Source: Octopus vulgaris
Lineage: Eukaryota
Assembly: GCA_951406725.2 (NCBI GenBank)
Contig: OX597843.1
Span: forward strand, 16,492,001 to 16,556,000
Direction: 5' to 3'
Length of the DNA: 64,000 nucleotides
Shown here: positions 11,448-23,999 of the stretch, in pieces
How the letters are laid out: each line of letters opens with the position of its first letter
Position numbering within the stretch: the first letter of the stretch is position 1
Notes under the pieces: generated by a model
The model's database searches: none
Told to the model about the DNA's origin: nothing
What the model saw: only the letters and a program-made list of their open reading frames with translations
Position numbers and translations under genes: made by a program

Positions 11448-12695
11448 GAGAGAAAAAGAAAGAAAGAGTGAGAGAGAGAGAGAGAGAGAGAGTAAAAAAG
11501 GGGGAAAGAAAGAGAGAGAAAGAAAGAGAGAGAGTAAAAAAGAGGGAGAGAAAGAAAGAGGAAGAGAGAGAGTAAGAAAGAGGGAGAGAGAGTAAAAAAG
11601 GGGGAAAGAAAGAGAGAGAGAGTAAAAAAGAGGGAGAGAAAGAAAGAGAGAGAGTAAAAAAGAGGGAGAGAAAGAGAGAGAGCGAGAGTAAGAAAGAGGG
11701 AGAGAAAGAAAGAGAGAGAGAGTAAAAAAGAGGGAGAGAAAGAAAGAGGAAGAGAGAGAGTAAGAAAGAGGGAGAGAGAGTAAAAAAGGGGGAAAGAAAG
11801 AGAGAGAGAGTAAAAAAGAGGGAGAGAAAGAAAGAGAGAGAGTAAAAAAGAGGGAGAGAAAGAGAGAGAGCGAGAGTAAGAAAGAGGGAGAGAAAGAGAG
11901 AGAGAGCTATTACAGTTTATAAATTAAACACAAATAACAAAGTCCCTCTTCTCATACACACAAAGAGAAACAGGTTCATACTTATAAACACTCACAGAGA
12001 GAGAGAGAAGGGGGAGGGAGAGAAGAGAGAGAGAAGGGGGGAGGAAGAGGAGAGAGAGAAGGGGGGAGGGAGAGGAGAGAGAGAGAAGGGGAGGGAGAGG
12101 AGAGAGAGAGAAGGGGAGGGAGAGGAGAGAGAGAGAAGGGGGGAGGAAGAGGAGAGAGAGAGAAGGGGGAGGGAGAGGAGAGAGAGAGAAGGGGAGGGAG
12201 AGGAGAGAGAGAGAAGGGGAGGGAGAGGAGAGAGTTATTCACACACATACAAACAGAAGTAGATGCATACATACGTAAACAGAGAGGGAGTGAAAGGGAG
12301 ATATTGCACATACATATAAACGTAACTAAGAGAGAGAGAGAGAGAGAGAGACAGACATTACACATACAGACATGACTAGATGCTCAAAAACATAAATGGA
12401 GAGAGAGAGAGAGAGAGTGTGTGTGTGTGTTATTACAATTTATAAATTGAACACAAATGCCAGAAACTTTCCCCCTTCTTATAGACACAAAGAGAAATAA
12501 ACACAAAGAGAGAGAGAGAGTGAGAGTTATTCACATGCATACAAAAATTAGATGCTTACACACAAACAGAGAGAGAGAGAAAGAGAGAGAGAGGGAGGGG
12601 GAGATTAGAATTTATTAATTGAACTTGACTGACATAAATAATTTCCCTTTTTCTGGTACACATAAAGAAAAATATGCCTACACACTTAAGCAGAC

Positions 12696-12727
<32 letters not shown>

Positions 12728-12860
12728 CGAGAGAGAGAAAGAGGGAGAACGAGAGAGAAGAAAGAGAAATAACGAGAGAGGGAGAAAGAGAAAGGGAGAG
12801 AGAGAAAGAGAGGGAGAGAAAGAGAGAGAAAGAGAGAGAGAGAGAGATTGCAGTTAATTA
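11448..12860. repeat. Purine-rich (GA)n-derived low-complexity and minisatellite region
   Basis: Directly visible. Confidence 0.9.
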
Positions 12861-13938
12861 AACACAACTGAGATAAACACTTACCCCCCGCCCTCTCCTC
12901 ATGTGCATAAAGAGAAATATAATCACACCCAGAAACAGGGAATGGAAAGAGTGGGGAAAGGAGGGAGAAATCAAGAGAAACATCAAAAACGTCTGATGTC
13001 AAATAAGTCATCATCGAATCAATGATGCCAGATAAGTAGCTTGCAAATGGATGCATCGAAACACCTCCTTCCCTCGGTGCCCACACCCGTGATTAAAATA
13101 CAAATTGAAAATGCTTTTTGAAAGTTTAATCGTTAGGTGTTCAACAATAACGAGATTTACAATTTTATTCTCAATAAAAAACGTTGTCTTTTTCAATTAA
13201 AACTTGGTTTTAAAACGTCTACAAAAATGAAAGAAATTTATTAGATCAATATTAAAAAAACAGACATATTTTTTCATGAAGGCGGTTCAAAAATATTAGA
13301 TTAGATTATTAAAAAGCCACAAGGTTGGTAGTCATCTGCACTCCCATTGCTAAAATCTTCCCATGCCTGCCTTTCATGGGTGGGGAGGACACCCTTCAGT
13401 TTTGTACCTCTGGCATGGTGGATAAGGTGATGGTCACTATTTTTTGAGGTCCTCTCTTGCAAATAATTTTGGTTCTATCCAATCGTATGGTAGATATCAA
13501 TATTAGTACCATTGGTCAGATAAAATGTCTAGTTTATGTAGTTACGGTCCTCTACATTCTGAGTTCAAATCCTACCAGGTTTGACTTGGTATATCATCCT
13601 TATTGAGTTCGATGAAATAAAATACAGGTGTAGCTATGGCTGTGTGGTAAGGAGCTAGCTTGCTGCCCAACCACTTGGTTCCAGGTTCACTCCCCCACTG
13701 CATGATACCCTAGGCAAGTGTCTTCTACCCTAGCTCTGAGCTGACCTGAAGCTTTAGTAGAGGACACTTGCCCAAGGTGCCACGCAGTGGGACTGAACCT
13801 GGAACCATGTAGTCTGCAAGCAAGCTGCTTATCACACAGCCACTCCTGCCCCTATGTATATATATATATATACAGACACACACATATATATATATACATC
13901 AATATACATCCATGTGTATATATTTATATATATGTATG

Positions 13939-13982
<44 letters not shown>

Positions 13983-14644
13983 TTACATATATTTCTTTAC
14001 TACCCACAAGGGGCTAAACACAGAGGGGACAAACAAGGACAGACAAAGGGATCAAGTCGATTATATCGACCCCAGTGCATAACTGGTACTTATTTAATCG
14101 ACCTCGAAATGATGAAAGGCAAACTCGACCTCAGCGGAATTTGAACTCAGAACGTAACGGCAGACGAAATACGGCTACGCATTTTGCCCGGCCTGCTAGC
14201 GTTTCTGCCAGCTTGTTGCCTCTGTGACTATGAAATATTAATCTATAGATTTCATAAAGTCTGTTTGTATATTTTAGGGAATATTCTATCTATATTGTTG
14301 CATTCAATTTTAATTAAGGTTCAGGTTCATTAGTATTAATTATTAATTAGTTTTCTATAACTCCCTTTTTTCACTCCCGTAACAGCACGAAGAGGAAGCT
14401 GTGACCGTGCTTTTTTTAACTGGTGATTGTTGTAGTTATTATTATTATTATTATTGATTTTGTGGCATTTTGATAGAGTCATCTTTCATGGGTATTGAAG
14501 CACGTGCCCATAGCTTTTGTTCTGCTTTGAATCTTTTAATCATATCATATAACCATGAGCGTTTATTGGGAAACAGAGTTATCCATTGTGTTCTTTGTAA
14601 CTTTGTTTGCTAATATACATAGATATATGTGGGTATGTGTGTGT

Positions 14645-14677
<33 letters not shown>

Positions 14678-14679
14678 AC

Positions 14680-16392
<1,713 letters not shown>

Positions 16393-16849
16393 ACGATCTC
16401 CCAGTTTTCTTTCAGTACATTCTGAGTATTCTCATTTCCAAATAAAAAAAGTAAAATAAAAATTGCAATGCATTTTGTTATTTAACCCCAGGTCAGTTCT
16501 GATCCAGCAGACCTATGATCAGAGACATTCTCGCCTTAACCATTCTGTCTTGATATCATTATTAATATTATCATTTTTTTGGGGTGAGGCAGGGGTTTGC
16601 TTTATCTGGTATAATGTACTTCACTGAACATTATACCACAGTGTCATCTTTGAAGATTGTAGAATGTGATTCGAGGTAGATTTGGCTGCTATATCTAGCA
16701 GGTTGAACAACCATGTAGAGACTTCCTCAGTGGTTTTTTGGATTAATGTTGTTACCATCATCATCAGTTTGTTTGGTGGCCTTGGCAAAAGAGGTTGTGT
16801 GGTTGACCATATTGAAAGGGCAAGAAGACAGATACTTTCCTCTTTGGCC

Positions 16850-17212
16850 TTTGACTTTTTCAAGTTTCACTTGAGAAGGAAAGTGAAAGTAGAGAGGCAA
16901 ATTTTGTTTAAAAGTGGGTGAATGTGGCAAGAAGGGTATGAGTGAATGGGTCTATTCTAAACATACACCTGCAGACGATGTGGAGAGGGCACTTGCCCTA
17001 GAGGTCAGGTCCTGTGTGGTTTCGTAGGGCTTCCATGAGCAGCTCTAGGTAGTCTCCCTCTATTGGGGAATTATTTTTTGTTAAAATTTGTATTTTAGTA
17101 ATTTTTTTTGGTTTTTTTTTACATGTCTTTCATGTAATGCCACATTGTACTGTTCCCATCATTTTTTGTGAAGCCTTAGTGGTTAATAAAGAAAACATTA
17201 TTATTGTTATTA
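16850..17212 (+). mobile_element. 3' fragment of an L1/Tx1-like LINE
   Basis: FKFHLRRKVKVERQIL..KWVNVAR coding remnant, T-rich UTR, AATAAA and (ATT)n; similar to 20350-20700 and 21760-22180. Confidence 0.5.
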
Positions 17213-17590
17213 TTATCATTGTTCAACATTTGGTAGTTTCAGGTAAATTTCTATTCATCACCTGCTGCACCTCCATGTTGCTGGGCTGTGTGCAGCATTA
17301 TGTGTTCTTTTCTTTTGTTGGGAGTGTGCAAACTCTTCCCGGTGTTGTATTGCATCAGTTTTTGTCTTTTGAGGTGCGGTGCAGTCTTTTGTTGTATTAC
17401 TGTTTGTATTGTGTTGAGTGTGTAATACATTGGTTATCTAGCTTGCTGGTGACAGTTTATTTCATTGGACAATTGCTGTATAGAGTGTGACTTGTGTTAG
17501 TGGATTGTTTCATTTGGGTTGTATTACTGGATGAATAGTGTCTTTTTTGGGATAGTGTGTAGTATTGAGGATCCAGGTATAGCTGTTATG

Positions 17591-17626
<36 letters not shown>

Positions 17627-17855
17627 GTTAATAAATTGTTTTTAAAGGCTGAATTCAAAGTAGGAAAGCTATAAATTATAGCATGTAAACCTTAGGTTTA
17701 AAAACCCTTTGAGTAGAAAAAGTGAGTGGTTGTCCTTCTCTGCCATACTCACACTCGGTACTCATAGTCTGGATGGGGGTACGTTTCACGGGGCGGTTCA
17801 TCTCTGAGAGGTTCTGGAAGCGGATATTCCTCGCTGACCCGTTGGTCAGTCTCAT

Positions 17856-19004
17856 CTACTGCATAACCCTGTTGTCGAAGGCGATGCTGCTGATGCTGCT
17901 GCTGCTGCTGCTGTGGGTGATGATGGTGGTGATGGTGGTGGTGGTGGTGGGGGTAGTGCTGCTGTTGTTGTGTGGTTGTTGCTGTTGGCGGCGCAGTTGA
18001 CCGGTTTCGTTGTCAGGCAGGTCTTGTTGCGCCACGGCTTGTTGATACTGCGACATTAGCGACACTATAGTCTCCATGTCGTACTTCCGTTGCCCGCCGC
18101 AGGACACGTAGCGCACGAACAGGTTGAGCTTCCGATCGAGGAAAGTGTAGAGTATAGGTTCGATGGCTGACTGTGTCCAGGCGATGAAGCTGAATGCTTG
18201 GTAGACTTTCGGCGACACCTGGAACTTCATGTCGATCAAGATGAGCGCAAAGAGTGGGTACCAGCATGCAGCGAAGCTCACCGAGACGGCGATGAAGAGC
18301 TTGGCACGGTGCAGCGAATCGTCGACCATTGCACGTACGCTGCTCTCCGAAACCTTTGGCGCATTGGCGAAGCAAATGGAGGAACGAACCAGCATGGAGA
18401 CGCGATTTGGTTGGTTGACCTGTATTTCTTTGTACAACCTTGAGATATAGTGCGCTATGGCAACCAGTGCCAGACTCACAATTGCTATCCACATCGTATA
18501 AGCAACGTAACTCTCTACTTGTCCGAGAATGAAAGAGCAATTTCCAATATCTGGATGAAAACCGAAGTAGCCTCCAATTAGCGTGGGTCCCAAATGCAAT
18601 ATCAAGCTCCCTATATATACCATAACAAGTCCGAACAACACACAGCAGAACGTACCTTTCGCATCACCGCCAATGTTCGTTTCTCCGAACGTGTACGCTT
18701 CGCAACACACCATGGCGACCATATTAAATGTATAAACCGTCATAATGACGATGTAAGTGGAACCCTCCAAGTCGCAGTTGCTGGGTTGGCGCTGGCTGAG
18801 GAGGTTGTTTGCAAACAGGATGCAAAACATAGAGCGGAACTCATTGAGCAAACAGGCGTGCACCAAAAATGCACTGGTCATTCGGCGAAGCGACTTCTTA
18901 AAAATGATGCATAGAATCACCAAAGAGTTGAAAAACAGTCCAATTCCTGCAATAAGGTATAAATAATAAGCTTCCGCATGTCGTGTTGTGTTTTCAGCGG
19001 CCAT
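17856..19004 (-). CDS. Intronless class A (rhodopsin-like) GPCR, SREB/GPR85-like orphan receptor; C-terminus probably frameshifted (alternative stop 17749)
   Basis: 382-aa ORF with seven hydrophobic segments, N-terminal NTT sequon, TM1 Asn (GLFFN), Cys at the top of TM3 and in ECL2 (GNCSF), CEAY at the DRY position, CWYP in TM6 and EPILY at the NPxxY position. Confidence 0.92.
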   Translation of the reverse strand: MAAENTTRHAEAYYLYLIAGIGLFFNSLVILCIIFKKSLRRMTSAFLVHACLLNEFRSMFCILFANNLLSQRQPSNCDLEGSTYIVIMTVYTFNMVAMVCCEAYTFGETNIGGDAKGTFCCVLFGLVMVYIGSLILHLGPTLIGGYFGFHPDIGNCSFILGQVESYVAYTMWIAIVSLALVAIAHYISRLYKEIQVNQPNRVSMLVRSSICFANAPKVSESSVRAMVDDSLHRAKLFIAVSVSFAACWYPLFALILIDMKFQVSPKVYQAFSFIAWTQSAIEPILYTFLDRKLNLFVRYVSCGGQRKYDMETIVSLMSQYQQAVAQQDLPDNETGQLRRQQQQPHNNSSTTPTTTTTITTIITHSSSSSSISSIAFDNRVMQ

Positions 19005-19144
19005 TTTGGGTCAATTGTTTAAATTTCCGTTTTTCTTTTTTTTCCTAAAATATCCGTATTTTTGTTTGTCTTTTGTGTGACAATGTCAGATATTTTCCAT
19101 CATTGATTTGCTCAAGTTCTTTGGAAAATGGAATAAAAGCAAAG

Positions 19145-19713
19145 TAGCTTGTAGCTTCAAGATTTCTCGATGTGATTGTTTATTTTTAGAGTAACATTGT
19201 AGGGCAAGTGTAAGAAGTTGGATCTCACCGTTTTGGGGTTGGATATGGCCAGATTAAATCCTCAAGAGTTGAACTCTATTTATTACAATTAACTCTGTTA
19301 ATTGTAATGCTAATTAATAGTTTAAATTAATCATGCGTTATATTGCAGCTTTGAGATTTTGATTGTGTGATTATATGTTTTTAGAATTGCATTGTAGGCC
19401 AAGTGTAAGAGGCCAGAGCAGGCCAGTTTGAACATAAAAAGTTAGAATATTTAGGCCGAATACGGTTGGTTTAAATGCTAAAGTGTCAACCTTTTAGCTT
19501 ACAGAATTATTCTGTCAAATGTAATTCTTATTTATTCAAACTGTTTTGAATTAAAAAAGGATTATATCATAGGTTCAAGATCCCATTGATGTGAGTGTTT
19601 ACTCTTAGAACGGCATTGTAGAGTAAGTGTGAGAGGCCAGATTTTGCTGTTTAAGCATAAAACAGGTAGAATATTTTGAGCAAATGTGGCCTGTTCAAAT
19701 GCTAAAGGATTAA
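19145..19713. mobile_element. About three tandem degenerate copies of a TTAA-type (piggyBac-like) MITE upstream of the GPCR ATG
   Basis: Repeated ttaga..cattgtagg..aagtgt.agag core at ~19185, 19380 and 19605; last copy bounded by aaccttttagc...gctaaaggattaa. Confidence 0.55.
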
Positions 19714-20349
19714 AACCATACTGGTTCAAAATTCGTTATCAAAGTTCACTGTATACTCTGAAGTGAATTTCGTTTTCTTTCTTAGAAAATGAAAAATTGT
19801 GAAAAGAAAAATAATGAGACCCTCACCTATTAGAACTGGTGGTCAGCAATTGATAATTAACAGGCTCATCAGCATAACGACTGGGTTGTTGGTGTATCAA
19901 GAAACACTTTAGTAATTAATAATATAAATAATAATATCTGGACTACCGGAAAACAGGGTCTCTCTAATCAAGTTGTAGATGTACAACAAAAGGCTTCCAG
20001 GTATAATTGTAATAATTGTTTGAAATGTTGGCAGAAGGTCAGAAATTTCAGGGGAAGGTGGTTAGTCAGCCACACTGACCCCAGCGTTCAATTGATACTT
20101 GTTTTATTGACCCCAAAAGAATGAAAGGCAAATAATAATATTTTGTTATTATTACGGAAAGAAAGACCTTAATATTTAATTATATATTCTTTTAAGAAAT
20201 ACCCAGGAAACAGGATATCAGTGATTGTACAACGAAAGGTTTTTTATACTTAATAATAACAATGATAAGACTAATAAGTTATTGTTATTATTATTATCAT
20301 GTAAAGGAACAGGACTGTGGAAATAGGGCTGCTGCCCTCACCTCCGCCA

Positions 20350-20700
20350 GTATATTTATGAAAAGGTGGGGAAACGTGGCAAGGATGGCCCACCGAGTGA
20401 ATGAGGCTGCTCTGAGTTTGTGCCTGTGGGTTGTCGAAAGCAGCTGAGAGAGGGGTACTTCTCTGTGGTTACCGTTGCCAGTCAGTCAGAGTGATTCAGG
20501 AGCGGTAGGGTACTTTGCTTGCTCCTATGGGGTACTCACCTCTGCCCGGGAGAATATTTTCGGTATCAATTTTTCTTGCTAATTGCAATTGTTTCTTTTT
20601 TAATCATTCACACCTGTATACATAAAACCTCTATTGTTCTTTGTCCTTATATTACGATAAAGGGTTTTCCTTTGTGGCCCTTGTGGCAAATAAATTTTTA
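20350..20700 (+). mobile_element. 3' fragment of an L1/Tx1-like LINE
   Basis: FMKRWGNVARMA remnant; ends cccttgtggcaaataaa next to (ATT)n. Confidence 0.5.
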
Positions 20701-21090
20701 AAATTATTTTATTATTATTGTTGTTTATATTGCATATTTTCACAGCTCTTTGCTGGTTTATTTTGATGGTGTTATTTTTAGTCTGTTATTATTATCATTA
20801 TTATTATCATCATTATTGGAAGAAAGCACTTCCAATGCCTTTTAGACAGCAGAATAAATAATCCAGGACTTTTGGTAAAGGGTTTTCTCCAAATTATCCT
20901 TGGTGTACTGTCCTGTCATTAGGGACTCTATTTACATATTTATCTTTCTGAATTCTATTCCAAAGTCTTGTGTTATATTCTTAGTTGTTTCCCATCATCA
21001 TCAGTGTAATCCTCCACCTTCTTGTGTCTTGTATTTTTTCCTTTGTTATCACCCTCAATGTATCGGGCTCCTGTGGTCAATAAAAGAAAC

Positions 21091-21142
<52 letters not shown>

Positions 21143-21759
21143 GAGTGAGAGAGCAGTTCATGCCATCAAAGTGACACTGGGGTAAAATATACGAAGCCCT
21201 ATATACCCATCATGACTACCCGTCTGATAAGGGTACACCAGTATTGTTATTATTATTATTATTATTACTGTTATTATTATTATTATTGTTATTATTATTA
21301 TTATTATGATAGTGTGTTTATTTTCTTTCTATGTCTTATTGTATACCACGTATACTTTCTTATTTTTTTTCATATATCCACATATATATATCATCCCATT
21401 GCTCATAAATCCCCATATTTTATGCCTGTTATTGTATTGACTTCCCTCATTTTTTGCCCTTGTGGCAAATAAAAGCGATAAATTATTATTATTATTATTA
21501 TTATTATTATTTACTTCTCAGGGCTTTTGGTCTTGCTTTTGTTAATTCTGTGAGAGCATCCCGCAACCTGTTGTCAAAGGTCTCACGGGTCCTCTCAAGG
21601 TCTCTCTCTCTATGAATTATAAGGCTTAGTGCCCAGATGTTTAATATTGTGGAAGATATTATTATTATTATTATTATGTTTTTTCCTTCTTTCTTCAAAT
21701 TTTCTTCCGTTTCTTGCCGAGTGTTTTCCATACACCTAGGGCAATTATTATTATTATTA

Positions 21760-22180
21760 TTCCATTTGGAAAACAAGATGAGGGTTGGGTGGAGAGGGAT
21801 CTGTCGACCCCTCCCTTCTCACCAACAAATTTGTTAAAAGGTGGGTGAATGCGGCAAAGACAGCCCTAGCGAGTGGGCCTACTCTAAGCTGGCACCTGTG
21901 TGGCCAAGGAGAACGGAGGTGAGAGAAGTACTTGCTGAAATACTCCCAGTGATTAAGGAGGCTTAGGGTCTATAGGGTCCCTTGGTTTGCCTCTGGGTTG
22001 TTTTCCTCCTACTGGGGCTTTTTATGTAATACTGTTTTTTTTTTTCTGAAATTTGTTATTGTTTTTTTATTTTTTTCAGGTTTTTTTTATATAACTTACC
22101 TCTGTCCCCTGTTTTTGTAATGTCCTAAGTGTTTTCACAACCCTTGTGGCCAATAAAGACAGAACTATTATTATTATTAT
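21760..22180 (+). mobile_element. 3' fragment of an L1/Tx1-like LINE
   Basis: FHLENKMRV..FVKRWVNAAK remnant; ends cccttgtggccaataaagac..(ATT)n. Confidence 0.5.
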
Positions 22181-22545
22181 TAGGGCAGCAGACTCGCGGT
22201 CGTAGGATCGCGGTTTTGATTCCTAGACCGGGCGTTGTGAGTGTTTATTGAGCGAAAACACCTAAAGCTCCACGATGCTCCGGCAGGGGATGGTGGCGAC
22301 CCCTGCTGTACTCTTTCACCACAACTTTCTCTCACTCTTACTTCCTGTTTCTGTTGTGCCTGTATTTCAAAAGGACCGGCGTTGTCACTCTCTGTGTCAC
22401 GCTGAATATCCCCAAGAACTACGTTAAGGGTATTATGTGTGTCTGTGGAGTGCTCAGCCACTTACACGTTAATTTCACGAGCAGGCTGTTCCGTTGATTC
22501 GGATCAACCGGAACCCTCGTCGTCGTAACCGACGGAGTGCTTCCA
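22180..22545 (+). mobile_element. Family-C SINE (5' slightly truncated)
   Basis: Homologous to 793-1175. Confidence 0.8.
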
Positions 22546-22569
22546 TTATTATTATTATTATGAAAACTC

Positions 22570-22880
22570 TTAGCTTATTTTGCTGGGTATGATGGAAAGT
22601 GTCAGTTGTCCAGCAGACTAAGGTGACACTTGTTTACTGGTCCTGCTTCAAGGACCCTGCGGAGAATTCTTGCAATTTCAAGGAAAGCTGATTTTTACAG
22701 GGGTTATTGTTATTCTGGTTTGGCTCAGATTCGGTCCTATTCCTGTTAGGATTAATCTGGGTAGCGGGTTACTACCCGTAACCTTACATACCCACAAGTT
22801 TTCAACAGTTTTTCAAGTGCTTGGAACCCTCCTGATAATCCTTGCTGTCTCTAAAGGTCAAACTTTCTATAGGAACTCTG
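22570..22880 (-). mobile_element. Degenerate R4/Dong-like LINE 3' end in (TAA)n
   Basis: Minus strand encodes ..PLETARIIRRV.., resembling the terminal LLGTAxILRxVL motif; flanked by (ATT)n. Confidence 0.4.
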
Positions 22881-23109
22881 TTGTTATTATTATTATTATT
22901 ATTATTGTTGTTGTTGTTGTTGTTAGTATTGTTGTTGTTGTTGTTATTAAATCTACCATTAAATAGAATCTGAGATTGCGCTGGGCGCTATGACATGGAG
23001 TTTTCAACGTATATTGATTGGCAGTCTTCAAATTCTATCTCTCTACAAGAGATTCCTCGAGGCTGCCATTCAGCTCCATCTTCACAGAATCACAGATCTG
23101 ACAGTGTTA

Positions 23110-23800
23110 TGGCAACAACAATGGCGATGACAGTAATGATGGTGGAGACTAGTGGTGGTGGTGGTGGTGGTGGTGGTATTGGTGGCTGCAGTGGTGTTGG
23201 TATTGATGGTGATGATAATGTGGGTGGTGGTGAGGCTGGTGGTGGTGATGGTGCTGGTGTTGGTGATGAGGGCAACAGCAGTGTGGTGGTGGTGGTGGTG
23301 TTGGTGGTGGTGTTGGTGCCAGTGGTGGTGGTGGTGGTGGCTATAGGGGTGATGGTAATGTGGGTGGTGTTGGTGGTGGTGATGGCGATGTTGGCGGTGC
23401 TGGTGATGATAGCAACAGGAGTAGTGGTGGGTACAGTGGCAACAGCAGTGTGGTGGTGATGGCGGTGGCTATGGTGGTGGTACTGGTGGTAGTAGCTGCA
23501 GTGGTGATAGTTGTAGTGGTGTGGTGATGGTGGTGGTGGTGGCGTTACTAACAGTATCTGTGATGGTGATGGTGGTGATGGTGATCTTGGCGGTGCTGGT
23601 GATGATAGCAACAGAACTTGTGGTGGTGGTGATGGTGATGGCAGTGGCTATGGTGTGGTGGTAGTGGTGGTGGCAGCGGTAGTAGCTGCGGGGTGGGGGG
23701 TGTGATAGTTGTAGTGGTGTGGTGGTGGTGGTGGCGTTACTAACAGTATCTGTGATAGTGATGGTGTTGGTACCAGTGGTGGTGGTGGTGGTGAGTGTAT
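23110..23800. repeat. (GGT/GAT)n low-complexity tract with internal duplication
   Basis: Directly visible. Confidence 0.9.
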
Positions 23801-23999
23801 AGGGTTGTTTGTGTTTGTACAGCTTTTGGGAGTGGAAATGCAAACAAGGGAGAGATCAATACAGGAACAAGTGTGTGTGTGTAGGGTAGGAAGGGGTCGT
23901 GTGTTTGCTTTTTGCGTGTCCCCTATTTTAACGATTTATTCCTAGCCGTGTTTACTTTGTATAATATATACTTCTCCCTCTCTCTCTTTCGTTTATGTT

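Noticed and set aside
12930-13200. Unique sequence, possible exon
   Set aside because: No convincing ORF, splice pair or motif visible.
18013-18966. Overlapping alternative-frame and antisense ORFs in the GPCR
   Set aside because: Expected shadows of a GC-richer coding sequence.
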